A DNA stretch of 64,000 nucleotides from Candidatus Eiseniibacteriota bacterium (GTDB lineage: Bacteria; Eisenbacteria; RBG-16-71-46; CAIMUX01; VGJL01). Shown piece after piece: positions 38,101 through 47,458 of the stretch. The stretch covers positions 96,001-160,000 of the forward strand of contig JBHGAY010000002.1 in the NCBI GenBank assembly GCA_041946735.1. Reading direction: 5' to 3'. Position numbers and translations under genes: made by a program. The notes under the pieces are model-generated. The model was given only the letters and a program-made list of their open reading frames with translations. It was not told the origin of the DNA and ran no database searches. How positions within the stretch are numbered: position 1 is the first letter of the stretch; each line of letters begins with the position of its first letter.

Positions 38101-38470
38101 CGACGTCGCGCGCCAGCGGATCCTCCAGGCTCGACGCCTTGCGGCCGAGCTGCAGCGCATTGATCAGCTCGTTCTTCGCGAGTCCCGCCCGCCTCTCGAC
38201 CTCCAGGATGAAGGCGCCGAACGGCAGGTGACGCTGCAAGCCGAAGCGCACGGCGCGAACGACACCGCCGGCGATCCCGGCCACCGCGATCGCCGGGACG
38301 ATCCACGAGGCGGCGCGCCCGTTGCCGAGTAGCCATCCGAGCAGCAGCGCGACCAAGAGGGCCGGCAAGACGATCGCGGCGGCCAGCGACGCCGCTTCGA
38401 GAGCCCGCCGCGCGCGGAACGCCGCGTAGCCGCGTCGCAGGGTGCGCAGGAGTCGAACGTGCAGCTCCAT
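35111..38470 (-). CDS. DUF4175-like membrane-anchored coiled-coil protein
   Basis: Three N-terminal TMs, P.YTGL, DDFGI, DNDAVSGPK, long Q/E-rich coiled coil, RQEKILSRLL, VDEYFRAL. Confidence 0.8.
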   Translation of the reverse strand: MELHVRLLRTLRRGYAAFRARRALEAASLAAAIVLPALLVALLLGWLLGNGRAASWIVPAIAVAGIAGGVVRAVRFGLQRHLPFGAFILEVERRAGLAKNELINALQLGRKASSLEDPLARDVAAEVLRRGEDAAASIRYRDLARSRTLSVPLAQAGGALVAILLLAALAPQAVTRGAAQILHPGRAVAIDSSEILVTPGDASILRGASLPVRARLVGLEGAPALFYRTGGSAWSRLPMQADVGTEFLATLADVQAETEYMVSLDRHRSRTYRVAVQEPYRATGYEKRIRFPDYTGLAPEKELSPHASIAALKGSDAQLLVAVSRPDARGRLRFDSGRTIPLEAGEEGVLSAKVPVREADQFRVELSGSDGGAERSAAWTSESFRIDPIPDRMPSLFLVGPGEQVDLPPEMRVVVEADCADDFGIRKLDLVYHRNDQPSSRISLTRWQSETEARVAYPWNLEEIALTPGDEIRYHLELTDNDAVSGPKTTVSPEYSIRFPTLEQMYAQQEQERHEGLEDLRESLDKQVDLRKELEDMSREMRRDQAIDWDQKNEMEQFLQKQEEILQKMDQMATAMDRQMDRMQQGQLFSPEIVEKIARIQEMMREIQSPEFHNMLEQMREAMRSLDPKEVQKALEKMKLTQQAIEQGLDRTIAMLEKMLAEEKLDEAIRRAEQLAKEQEQLNQQAGTPQDSSKPDSTASMSPEEAQKLAEQQEALQKELAELRKQMEELSKLAEKSHPQMEQNLESPQGQQAQQALQSASEEMQSGKMCMGKNNRRGAMRSGKKAKSQIQQFADQMRQMQQQMNQSMTEELSRKLLALAGDLVDLSKSQESLVEGAAQKSTRDLAVEQNRIERSVSDVVSEIYAIARQTPFITGAQAKMLGEILQKLGDATNAFETGQRTGGVTLGRQTGTSIDMAVASLLESNQSMCSSSSSCNNPNPMQQMQGLTSQQQGLNQETQDAMSQMQGGRLPQDGSGRMEQLAARQMQIRAGLQDLAQSMQDRKDVLGRLGDLGEEMEDVVKEMREKNVDPRILDRQEKILSRLLTAQRSVRRQDFEEQRRSRTGIDAENPISPPPVSSTLTAAERLRRGILKGSQDPIPGDFRRIVDEYFRALQEGGGQ

Positions 38471-38504
38471 CAGGGCTTCCTCCTCGTCCGGCCGCCGCCG
38501 TCTG

Positions 38505-39188
38505 TCATCGCGTCAAGGCGTATACGACCACGTTGATCGCCATCCGCATCGCCTGCTCGCGCTTCTCCGGCGGATCGTTGTGCACCTCGGGATCCTCGAT
38601 CCCATCTCCGATATCGGACTGGTAGGTGTAGTAGACCATCAGCCTGTTGCCATCGAAGATCCCGAGCCCCTCGGCCGGTTTCCCGTCGTGTTCGTGGATC
38701 TTCGGGGGACCCTTCGGGAAGTCGTAGAAGGAATGGTAGATCGGGTGGCGGAACGGAACAGGGGTGAGCTTGCGGTCGGGGAAGACGCGGGCGATCTCCC
38801 TCCGGAAGCTCTCGTCCATCCCGTAGTTGTCGTCAGCGAAGAGGAAGCCGCCGTTCTCGAGATAGCGGCGCAGCCGCTCCACCTCGGCGTCGCTCCACCT
38901 CACGTTGCCGTGTCCGTTCATATAAAGGAACGGATGCTGGAAGAGATCCGGGTCGAGGATCGACACCCGGTCCTCATCCATTCGTTCGATCGCCACCGGG
39001 GTGCGGTCACGCAGCGCGCGCGCCAGGTTCGGCAGGCTCGAGGGGTTGCTGTACCAGTCGCCTCCCCCGTCGTACTTCATGCGGGCCAGAACGAAGCCGG
39101 TCGGGGCTTCGGCCGCCGACCGGTCCAGGATCCCGGAGCCCGGGATCCCGACGATGAGCAGGAGAACGAACGAGAGGATTCTGCGCAT
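38505..39188 (-). CDS. DUF4159 domain protein
   Basis: KYDGGGDWYSNPSSLPNL, PFLYMNGHG, GGFLFADDNYG, PKIHEHDG, AINVVVYAL. Confidence 0.9.
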   Translation of the reverse strand: MRRILSFVLLLIVGIPGSGILDRSAAEAPTGFVLARMKYDGGGDWYSNPSSLPNLARALRDRTPVAIERMDEDRVSILDPDLFQHPFLYMNGHGNVRWSDAEVERLRRYLENGGFLFADDNYGMDESFRREIARVFPDRKLTPVPFRHPIYHSFYDFPKGPPKIHEHDGKPAEGLGIFDGNRLMVYYTYQSDIGDGIEDPEVHNDPPEKREQAMRMAINVVVYALTR

Positions 39189-39366
39189 CCACGCCTCGAA
39201 GGGGTAAGAAACCCGGGGTGTCAGCGCAGTTCCTTCCGCCGCCGCGATCCCCGGCTGCAACGGAGTCTAGCAGAGCTTCGGCGGCAAGATCCGAAGGATC
39301 GATCCTTCGCCAGGGCGGCTCCCCCGGTGGCCGGAGCCACCGCGGCGCCCGCCCCGGACGGATCGG

Positions 39367-40314
39367 TCAGGCCTTCAGCTTGGTGGCGCGCGTGTCGGCG
39401 GCCGCCTTGCGGCGCTCCGAGGCGAGGGTCATATCCAGGGCGAGCGCCGACGCCACGAAGACGGAGGAATAGGTGCCGAACCCGACGCCGATCAGCATCG
39501 CGAAGGCGAAGTCGTGGATCACCCGCCCGCCCATGAAGAGCAGCGCCTCGATCGTGAAGATCACCGTCAGCCCCGTGATGATCGTGCGGCCCAGGGTCTG
39601 GTTGATCGCGAGATCGAACAGGGCCGCGTCCGGCGCCCGCCCGCTCCCCTTCAGCCTCTCGCGGATCCGGTCGAAGACGACGATCGTGTCGTTGATCGAA
39701 TATCCGCCGATCGTCAGCAGGGCCGCGATGATCGGGATCGTGATCTCCTTGTTCGTGAAGGAAATGAACGAGAGGATCACGAGCGTGTCGTGGGCGAGCG
39801 CGGCGACGCCCCCGAGCGCAAACTTGAACTCGTAACGGACCCCGACGTAGATCAGGATTCCGGCCAGCGACAGCAAAACCGCCCACAACGCCTTGCCCCG
39901 AAGCTCCTTGCCGACCCGCGGACCGACGACCTCCTCACGAAGCAGATCGCTCTTGATGCCTGGGAAATCGGCCTGGATGGCCTCGGCCATCTTCTCCGAC
40001 GGAGCCTTCTCTCCGGCCTGTCGCTCCTCGCCAGTCGGGATGCGGATCAGGAAGTCCTTGCCTCCCTCGCTCGACTGGATCTCGGCGTCGGACCATCCTG
40101 CATTGGCCAACGACGACCGCAGAGCGTCCGCCTCGAGGGCCCGATCGAAGCGGAACTCGATCAGCGTGCCACCCGCGAAGTCGACCCCCATCCGGAAGCC
40201 ACCGTGCGCGATGACCGAGATCGCTCCCGCGAGGATGATCGCGAGAGAGAAGACGTAGGCGTACTTCCGGTTCTGCATGAACGGGACTCGCGCCCCATGC
40301 AACACCTGCAACAT
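39367..40314 (-). CDS. secF: Protein translocase subunit SecF
   Basis: GVDFAGGT, VGPRVGKEL, HD, GYSINDTIVVFDRIRE, GTYSSVFVAS. Confidence 0.97.
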   Translation of the reverse strand: MLQVLHGARVPFMQNRKYAYVFSLAIILAGAISVIAHGGFRMGVDFAGGTLIEFRFDRALEADALRSSLANAGWSDAEIQSSEGGKDFLIRIPTGEERQAGEKAPSEKMAEAIQADFPGIKSDLLREEVVGPRVGKELRGKALWAVLLSLAGILIYVGVRYEFKFALGGVAALAHDTLVILSFISFTNKEITIPIIAALLTIGGYSINDTIVVFDRIRERLKGSGRAPDAALFDLAINQTLGRTIITGLTVIFTIEALLFMGGRVIHDFAFAMLIGVGFGTYSSVFVASALALDMTLASERRKAAADTRATKLKA

Positions 40315-40350
40315 GATTCCCCTGCCTCTTTCCCCGGGATCCGGGCCCCG

Positions 40351-41940
40351 TCAGATCGAAATGCTCTTGGCCTGGCGCCGCGCGAGGAAGGTCTCGAAGA
40401 TCATCCGCGCAACGAAGACGGCCGTGTACATGTTGGCGATCAGGCCGATTCCGAGCGTGATCGCGAATCCCTTGATCGGCCCGGTCCCGAACCGGAAGAG
40501 GATGAGCGAGCTGATCAACGTGGTCAGGTTCGAGTCGAGGATCGTCCGCCAGGCTCGATCGAATCCGTTCTCCACGGCCAAGCGCGACGATTTCCCCGCA
40601 CGCAGCTCCTCCCGAATTCGTTCGAACACGAGGATGTTCGCGTCGACGGCCATGCCCACCGTCAGCACGATCCCCGCGATGCCGGGCATCGTCAGCGTGC
40701 CGCGCAGCGCGGCCAGCCCGGCGAAGAGGAAGAACATGTTCAGCAGGAGCGTGAGGACGGCGATCATGCCGCTCCCGCGATAGTAGATGAGCATGAACAG
40801 GACGACGATGATCGATCCGACGATCCCGGCACGAACGCCGCTGGCGACCGAGTCCTTCCCAAGCGACGGGCCCACGGTGCGCTCCTCGACGATCCGGACG
40901 GGAGCGGGAAGGGCGCCTGCCCGGAGCACGATTGCCAGGTCCTTCGCCTCGGCGTCGCTGAACCGGCCGGTGATCTGCGCCTGACCGGTCGGAATGCGGT
41001 CCTGGATCACCGGCGCGGAGGCCACCTTGTTGTCGAGGACGATCGCGAGCTGCCGGCCGATGTTCGCGCCGGTCACCTTGCGGAACGTCGAGGCCCCCTT
41101 GTTCGTCATGGTCATCGAGACGCCGGGCGCGTTCGGGTTGCGCGGATCGAGACCGAACTTCATCACCGCGGTCGAGATCGCCTCTCCCGTCATCTCGGGA
41201 CGGCGGTTCATCACGAAGAGGATCCGGCCCGTGCGACCCTGCTCGAACTGCTCGGGATCGGAGCTGAAGCCGATCGAGGCGTCGCGCGGCAGCACCTGAT
41301 CGAGATCGACGTTGGCCAGGAGCGCCTGGACCTTCGGGAAGTCCTCCTCGAGGATCTCCGCTCCGCCTTGCGCGAGGTTGGGGTAGTCCCACAGAAGGTC
41401 GGTCAAGGGGTTCGCGGCCTGCGTCGAGTCGGGGAGCAAGGAGTCGGGCAGGGCATCGGACCGTCCCGCGAGGGACCGGTTCAGGCGCTCGATCGCCTGG
41501 CGGGCCTCGGCCGGCTGCTTGACGAGCTTGAACTCGAGCACGGCGGTCTGGCCGATCAGCTGCACCGCGCGGTCCTTGTCGAGGAGACCGGGGAGCTGCA
41601 CGAGGATGCGGTCTTCCCCTTGCTTCTGGATGATCGGCTCGGCGACGCCGAACTGGTCGATCCGGTTGCGCAGGACTTCCATGGCCCGGTCGACCGCTTC
41701 GGACACCTGGGCTTGCGACGGGAGATTCGTCCGGTCCACCTCGAGCAGCAGGTGCATGCCGCCGACGAGGTCGAGGCCGAGCTTCAGCGCCTTCGAACGG
41801 AGGTTCTTCGCCTCCGGATCCCTGCTCGTATACCGCTCCGAAGCCGGCATGCTGTAGAGCTGGAAGCTCGGAAGCAGCGAGTAGATCGCGAGCCCCAAGA
41901 GCACCGCGAGCAGGACCAACTTCCACGTGTTACTTTTCAT
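40351..41940 (-). CDS. secD: Protein translocase subunit SecD
   Basis: LGLDLVGG, RIDQFGVAEP, LRAGALPAP, VGPSLG, GMAVDANILVFERIREE, GPIKGFA. Confidence 0.97.
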   Translation of the reverse strand: MKSNTWKLVLLAVLLGLAIYSLLPSFQLYSMPASERYTSRDPEAKNLRSKALKLGLDLVGGMHLLLEVDRTNLPSQAQVSEAVDRAMEVLRNRIDQFGVAEPIIQKQGEDRILVQLPGLLDKDRAVQLIGQTAVLEFKLVKQPAEARQAIERLNRSLAGRSDALPDSLLPDSTQAANPLTDLLWDYPNLAQGGAEILEEDFPKVQALLANVDLDQVLPRDASIGFSSDPEQFEQGRTGRILFVMNRRPEMTGEAISTAVMKFGLDPRNPNAPGVSMTMTNKGASTFRKVTGANIGRQLAIVLDNKVASAPVIQDRIPTGQAQITGRFSDAEAKDLAIVLRAGALPAPVRIVEERTVGPSLGKDSVASGVRAGIVGSIIVVLFMLIYYRGSGMIAVLTLLLNMFFLFAGLAALRGTLTMPGIAGIVLTVGMAVDANILVFERIREELRAGKSSRLAVENGFDRAWRTILDSNLTTLISSLILFRFGTGPIKGFAITLGIGLIANMYTAVFVARMIFETFLARRQAKSISI

Positions 41941-41992
41941 CTCTTCTCCCGCCTCTGGGGCGCCCGACGCGTACAAACCACAACAAACAAAG

Positions 41993-42022
41993 AGGCTAGG
42001 CTGTTCCCGCCGAGGGTGTCAA
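41993..42022 (-). promoter_or_regulatory. Sigma70-type promoter of secDF, TTGACA-N18-TAGCCT
   Basis: Consensus -35 and plausible -10 about 50 bp upstream of secD. Confidence 0.55.
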
Positions 42023-42190
42023 TGCAAAACGACGGCGATCGCGGCGCGCTGGCAGCCCCGAAGCGAGGACGGGCACCTCGATGGTGGGCGGACGGCCTGA
42101 ATGCCCCGCGAAGCCGGAATCAATCGGACACCCGGCGCCCTAAGCGCGGCGAGCCGAGGGCGCAGCAACCCAGCGAGGGGAGCAGGCCAA

Positions 42191-42226
42191 GAGAAAAGGG
42201 TGGCCGGTTTGGAGAACCGGCCACCC
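42191..42226 (-). terminator. Intrinsic terminator of the barrel-lipoprotein operon
   Basis: 12-bp stem GGGTGGCCGGTT/AACCGGCCACCC followed by TTTTCTC on the minus strand. Confidence 0.8.
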
Positions 42227-42363
42227 GAGAATGGAGGACACCGCCGTCCGGGGACCGGCGGAGCGCAGAGTCAGGCCAGCGAGGCGGACGGACGCTGGCC
42301 GGTCCCGGCCAGCTGCATCTCTCGCTCGCGCTCAGGCCAGGCCGGGCCAGGCTAGGCCGTCGA

Positions 42364-42996
42364 TCAGGACTGCTGGCGCGCCGCAACGAGACCGATCGGA
42401 CGGTCCACCCAGCGCACGATTTTCCAGATGTTGCCTGTCTTGGCGAAGTAGAGATCTGCCTGGTCGCCGCTGACGAGATACCGGAGGTTCTCGCCGCTCT
42501 GCGACTGCCGTGTGTCGACGTAGAGGTTGACCCCGGTCAGCTGGACCTTCTGCCAACCCGGATTCACGTCGTTGGCCGGCGTCGGCGTCCCGGCGTCGAA
42601 GCTCAGCTCGATGGTCTCGGCGATGTAGCCGTCGTGGTTCGGCTCGGACTTGCTGAACATGTTGCGGGTGGCCACCATTTCGTCGTCGAATCCCCACGAC
42701 GGCGGGATGTTGTCGTCTCCCCCGACGTCGTTGGGATCGAAGATGTACTCGAAATCGTAGGCGTCCCCGCCTTGGGAGTGGCCGAGAAGCTTCTCGTATT
42801 CATCGGGATTCATCTCGACGTACGCCTTCTTCAGGTTCTGAAGCACGTTGGTGATCGTCGTCTGCTCCAGATACCCCGTGTTGCCTCCGTCGTCCGGTTT
42901 CTTGGAGTCGGTGCTCCACGGACAGCCGGACAGGCCGAACAGCACGGGAAGGAACAGGACGATCAGAAGGAACTGAGTTGGACGTCGGATTCTCAT
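42364..42996 (-). CDS. Lipoprotein of unknown function (NTF2-like fold suspected)
   Basis: Lipobox LSGC; VLQNLKKAY, terminal WKIVRWVD. Confidence 0.75.
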   Translation of the reverse strand: MRIRRPTQFLLIVLFLPVLFGLSGCPWSTDSKKPDDGGNTGYLEQTTITNVLQNLKKAYVEMNPDEYEKLLGHSQGGDAYDFEYIFDPNDVGGDDNIPPSWGFDDEMVATRNMFSKSEPNHDGYIAETIELSFDAGTPTPANDVNPGWQKVQLTGVNLYVDTRQSQSGENLRYLVSGDQADLYFAKTGNIWKIVRWVDRPIGLVAARQQS

Positions 42997-43099
42997 CGGT
43001 ATCTCTCCTCGGACGCCAGTGTCACCTGTCGAAACCACTCGATTCTAGCACATGGCCATGTCTGTCTCACGCCCCCGCCGCCGCCCGGATCCACCCGTC

Positions 43100-43720
43100 T
43101 CAACTTCCGAGATTCGGGTTCAAGCGGGCGTATCCCCAGGTGGGCAGATTCGGGTCGTCCCGCTTGTCCGCCCAGCGGGCGATCAGCCAGCTCAGCCCAT
43201 CCTGCTTGAAATACAACGTGCAACGTCCTTGAAAGACGATGCTGTCGGCCGTCGCCGGCCGGTAGACGAGGCGGTACCCCAGGTCCTGGTAGTAGACCAG
43301 ATCACCGGCCACGCCGGAGTCCCGGACCGTCCAGGTTAGCTGGGCCGGCATGTCGTTGCGATACAGCTCGGTCATCGCCTGGATATCGCGGCTCATCGTC
43401 CATAGGGTGTCGTCGCCCGCCGCATCGAAGGTGTCGAAGCGAAAGACGTATCCATCGGCAAGCGACTGCTGGAATCCGCTGATCACTCTCTCTTCGGTCG
43501 CCGCCTTGAGGTTCTGGAGGGCGATCCGGGTATCGGTCGGCGTCTTCCAGCTTCCCGAATCCCCGGTGGGATTCTCCGCGTCCCGCAAGTCGAAGAGGCA
43601 GCCGCTGATGGCCACGCCGGCGGCCACGACGAGCGCGCCGAAGGCGAACCCGCGGGCCATCCGGCGCCGCCGCAACGGCCACCCGCCCCGAACCACAGCG
43701 CCGCCCGTGCTCGTCCGCAT
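43100..43720 (-). CDS. Lipoprotein of unknown function, related to 42364-42996
   Basis: Lipobox ISGC; ALQNLKAA, terminal WLIARWAD. Confidence 0.75.
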   Translation of the reverse strand: MRTSTGGAVVRGGWPLRRRRMARGFAFGALVVAAGVAISGCLFDLRDAENPTGDSGSWKTPTDTRIALQNLKAATEERVISGFQQSLADGYVFRFDTFDAAGDDTLWTMSRDIQAMTELYRNDMPAQLTWTVRDSGVAGDLVYYQDLGYRLVYRPATADSIVFQGRCTLYFKQDGLSWLIARWADKRDDPNLPTWGYARLNPNLGS

Positions 43721-43723
43721 GGC

Positions 43724-45730
43724 CTAGAAGTCCCTCCGGATCTGCGCGGTGATCGTCCAGTAGTCGCGTTCCGTCATCGATTCGGTCTTCGCGAAGGAGC
43801 CGGTCAGATGGAACGTGTCGGAGAAATCGTGAGTCATGTCCGCGCGCACGGAGAACTCGCCGCGATCGGTGGCCGTCAGCCGGTTGCTCGCCAGGGCGCG
43901 CGTCTCACGACGCTCGAACTTCTGGCGCGCCTCGAGGCGTAGGCCCTGCCCGAGCGGGTAGGAGCTGGCGAGCGTCATCGCGTGCCTCGTCTCCCTCGTG
44001 GCCGGCTGATAGTACCGTGCGCCGTTCGGGTCGGAACGCACGTACTTTCCCGAATCGCGGAACTGGTACTCGTGCACGAATTGCATGGCGAGCCGCTCGC
44101 CGAGCCCGCTCACGAAGGTGGTCACGACGCCGTTGGTCCGCACGAGCGTGTTGTTCGACTCCTCGAAGACGTACTCCGTGTAGTCCGCTTGAATCGTGTA
44201 GCGCTGGCTGAGGTTCAGCTTTCCCCGCGTGTATCCCAGCTCGCCGGAGATACGGTAGGTCTCGGTCGTGTTGTTCTGCCCGGCGCGCGCGCCGGGAACG
44301 TTCACGAGCTGGCGCTGGCCGTAGTTGACGTTGAAGATGCCGTTCCACATCGACGACGGGCGATAGTTGAGCGAGGCGTCGGTCACGGTGCGCTTCTCGT
44401 CGCGGTCGTTGGCGCGATCGTCGTAGTAATACTGCAGCAGCGTGATCTCCTCGCTCCCCTGCAGCTGGATCTTGGTGCCGAGGTTCCTCCGGACGACCCC
44501 GCGGAACTTGCGGTTCACCTGCCGGAAGCCGACCGTCTCCTGAAGCCGGTTCTTCGCTTCGTCGGAGGAGAGGGTGGCCTGGAGATCGGTGCCGGCCAGC
44601 AGCTTCACGAACTCCGGGATCTTCCACTTGGCGTCGAGCTGCCCTCTCGTCGTCAGCTTGCGGAAGTCCTTCTCCTGCATCTGATAGTCGCCGGACACCT
44701 CCCCGCGCTCGACCTCCCCCTTGAACTCGGAGCCGGTGTTCGGCTTCCAGCTGAGGCTCATCCGCGCGTTCTTGTCCCGCCCGTCCTTTCCTTCCATCGC
44801 TCCCTGGCTGTTGAACGCCTGGGTGTCCCAGTACTGGGTGAAGTCGTGGACCCAGCGGCCGGTCAGATTGCCGGTCACAGTGCTGCTCGGGGCCCAATCG
44901 ACCGCGGACTCCCAGTGCTGTGAAACGTCGTCGGAGGGGGAGTTGAGCTCGAACCGCCGTTGTCCGCTGGTGACGTCGTACTGCCGCGTGCGCGAATCGC
45001 CCGCCCGGGTCTCGCGGCGCATCGTCGTGCTCGTCCGGAACTTGCTCACGTTGCCGCTGAGAACCATCTCATAGCGGCGGTAGGAGCCGTCCACCTTGAC
45101 CGAGTCGCGGAAGGCCGTGCGCCGGCTCATGTTTCTCTCTCCGTCATAGCCGAAGCTCGCCTTCGTCGTGAGACCGAAGCCGGCCATCGGAGCGAGGAAT
45201 CGGTGCAGCATCTGCTCGGGAAGCTTGGAGGCCACGGCGAGGCCGAGGCTCGTGCGATTGTTGACCTGGTCCTGATACTTGGAGAGCTGCGATTGACGGC
45301 CGAACTGTCCGTCGACCCCGACGGTCAGCCCGCCCAACCCCTTCATCGCGTAGTCGAGCTTGAGATTCATCGTCCCGCGGCGGCCGCGGAGGTCGTTCTG
45401 CGACGTGTCGCGACGATTGTTCAGGCTCCAGTCGTTCGTTAGCGAGAGGCCGGCAACGCGCCGGTAGATGCCGAGCGACTGGTCCCAGGACCGCGAGGAT
45501 CGGTTGACGGTGTAGGTGCTCGAGTAGCTCGGGTGGAAGTCGATCCGGTCGAGGAAACGGTCGCTCGGAGCGGCGGGCCGGGCGGGCGGGGGAGCCGGTT
45601 CGGCGGGAGGCTGGGTCTGGCCGAACACCGGGTCGCCGGCCGCCATCAGGGCGAGAAGCCCCGTGCCGGCGAGGAGGTAGCGGAGTGCGGAGTGGATGGG
45701 TGAAGCCTCCCTCGAGATCCCGTCTGCCAA
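43724..45730 (-). CDS. Large outer-membrane beta-barrel protein of unknown function
   Basis: Signal-peptide-like segment, long run of amphipathic strands, C-terminal Phe (IRRDF); start approximate. Confidence 0.7.
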   Translation of the reverse strand: MADGISREASPIHSALRYLLAGTGLLALMAAGDPVFGQTQPPAEPAPPPARPAAPSDRFLDRIDFHPSYSSTYTVNRSSRSWDQSLGIYRRVAGLSLTNDWSLNNRRDTSQNDLRGRRGTMNLKLDYAMKGLGGLTVGVDGQFGRQSQLSKYQDQVNNRTSLGLAVASKLPEQMLHRFLAPMAGFGLTTKASFGYDGERNMSRRTAFRDSVKVDGSYRRYEMVLSGNVSKFRTSTTMRRETRAGDSRTRQYDVTSGQRRFELNSPSDDVSQHWESAVDWAPSSTVTGNLTGRWVHDFTQYWDTQAFNSQGAMEGKDGRDKNARMSLSWKPNTGSEFKGEVERGEVSGDYQMQEKDFRKLTTRGQLDAKWKIPEFVKLLAGTDLQATLSSDEAKNRLQETVGFRQVNRKFRGVVRRNLGTKIQLQGSEEITLLQYYYDDRANDRDEKRTVTDASLNYRPSSMWNGIFNVNYGQRQLVNVPGARAGQNNTTETYRISGELGYTRGKLNLSQRYTIQADYTEYVFEESNNTLVRTNGVVTTFVSGLGERLAMQFVHEYQFRDSGKYVRSDPNGARYYQPATRETRHAMTLASSYPLGQGLRLEARQKFERRETRALASNRLTATDRGEFSVRADMTHDFSDTFHLTGSFAKTESMTERDYWTITAQIRRDF

Positions 45731-45892
45731 GCCCGCCGTTGCCGGATCGGTCCGATGCCTGCATCCGTTTCTGGCTTCGGCCGGCAAGGCGCGGTGGTTC
45801 ACGTTACGGAGCTTTCCTCTCCCGATCAAGCCACGCTCCTCAAGGAGTTCCGGTCCCCAGCCGATGAACCCTGGGGAGTTCCCGGGGGAGCT

Positions 45893-47383
45893 ATGACACC
45901 AGAGCGAGTCCGTCTGTTCCGTCTCCGTCCCGAAAATCGACGCATTCTCGAGAACGCTCTCGACCGGCTGGGATGGCCGGGCACGTACGAGGAGCCCGGA
46001 GCGGCGGAGCATGAGGACGACGGGGCGCTCTCCTCCCGGCAGGCCGGCGACGCGGGTCGGAGCGGAGGCGGCCGCCTGGCCGATCCCCAGGGAGGCGGCA
46101 TCGAGCTGTGGGTCCGGGAGCCGGGCGGGATCGCTCCTCCCGTGTCGGACTGCCCCACGCTCTGGATCGTCGAGCGCCGCGTCGCCGGCTTCTGGCCGGC
46201 CGGCCCGGGCCCTCATGAGATGGTGCGGATGCCGGCGAGCCAGGAGGAGATCGTCCATCGCCTCCTCGCGCTTCTCCAGACGGTGAGGCGCGAGCGAACG
46301 ATCGCTCGCTACGAGAGGGAGGCCGCCCTCAATCTCGATCGCAAGCTCGGCCTGGTCCGCGCGATCGCCCACGATCTCGTCTCCCCCCTGACCGCCGTCC
46401 TGGAGTACCTGGAGCTTCTTGCGGATGGAACGTGCGGCGAGACGACAGAGCAGCAGCACGGCCTGCTCCTCGAAGCGCGCAGCGCTGCCCGGCGCGTGAT
46501 CGATCGGGTGGACGAGATGGCCGATGCGGCGCAGGCGGAAGCCGGCCGGCTGCTACGCGTGCGCCTGCGGCGGACCGACCTGCAGGAGATCCTCGACGGC
46601 CTGCAGGAATGGTCGGTCCCGCGGCTGCGCGGGAAGCGACAGCAAGTGACGATCCAGATCGAGCGCCAATGCCTGGTGGTCTGCAGCGACGCGGAGAGGG
46701 TGGAGCAGGCATTCCGGCATCTGGTCGAGAACGCCCACCGGTTCTCCCCGCCGGGGACGCGGATCTCCATCGCCGCTGGCGCGGACCCCGAGGCGATCGG
46801 GTACGCGCGGGTCACGGTCGCGGACGAAGGGCCCGGAATTCCGCCGGACCGGCGCGATCGCCTCTTCGATCCCTTCCCGCGTCGCGAGGGCACGGAGGCG
46901 TACGAGAGCGCGCGCGTCGGCGTCGGGCTCGCGATCTCCAGGGCGATCGCGGTCGCCTCCGGAGGGGAGCTGTGGATCGAGAACCCGCCGCTGGGGGGAA
47001 CGCGCGTCGCGATGCGCCTTCCGCTGTGGGGCTCGCGCGCCGCGCGAATCGCGCAAGCGCAAGCGCGCCTCGCCGGCGCGCTGGATCTTCCCGCGAGCGC
47101 CTTGGTCGGCGTCGCTCGCCGTGCGCCCGTCGCGCAGGGACCCGCCTTCGAGGGCTTCCCGTTCCGCTTGAGCCCCGGCGAGCTTCTCGTCGTCGCTCCC
47201 CGCTTCGGCTCGGGCGTCCTCGTGCTCGGGACGGTGCGGGACTTCCGGAAAGCGGGCTCGCTCGAGCGGGTCCTGTCGCCTCGCATCACGATCCACCCGA
47301 TGGAAGCGCCGGAAGCGGAAGCGCCGGAAACGCCCGAAACCCCCGAAACCCCCGAAACGCCCGAGGCGCCGATCACGACGTAA
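45893..47383 (+). CDS. Cytoplasmic sensor histidine kinase
   Basis: AHDLVSPL H-box, LVENAHRFS, DEGPGIP, GVGLAIS; no TM; C-terminal ETP repeats. Confidence 0.85.
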   Translation: MTPERVRLFRLRPENRRILENALDRLGWPGTYEEPGAAEHEDDGALSSRQAGDAGRSGGGRLADPQGGGIELWVREPGGIAPPVSDCPTLWIVERRVAGFWPAGPGPHEMVRMPASQEEIVHRLLALLQTVRRERTIARYEREAALNLDRKLGLVRAIAHDLVSPLTAVLEYLELLADGTCGETTEQQHGLLLEARSAARRVIDRVDEMADAAQAEAGRLLRVRLRRTDLQEILDGLQEWSVPRLRGKRQQVTIQIERQCLVVCSDAERVEQAFRHLVENAHRFSPPGTRISIAAGADPEAIGYARVTVADEGPGIPPDRRDRLFDPFPRREGTEAYESARVGVGLAISRAIAVASGGELWIENPPLGGTRVAMRLPLWGSRAARIAQAQARLAGALDLPASALVGVARRAPVAQGPAFEGFPFRLSPGELLVVAPRFGSGVLVLGTVRDFRKAGSLERVLSPRITIHPMEAPEAEAPETPETPETPETPEAPITT

Positions 47384-47458
47384 TCGCGATCGACGCCTCC
47401 GGATCACCGCGCGTTTCGCGCCTCTCGGCGCGCGGCGCAGGGGGCCGGCGCGAGGCGG

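Noticed and set aside
39514..43209. 1231-aa plus-strand ORF and similar long antisense ORFs
   Set aside because: Stop-poor reverse frames of secDF and neighbours, expected at this GC content.
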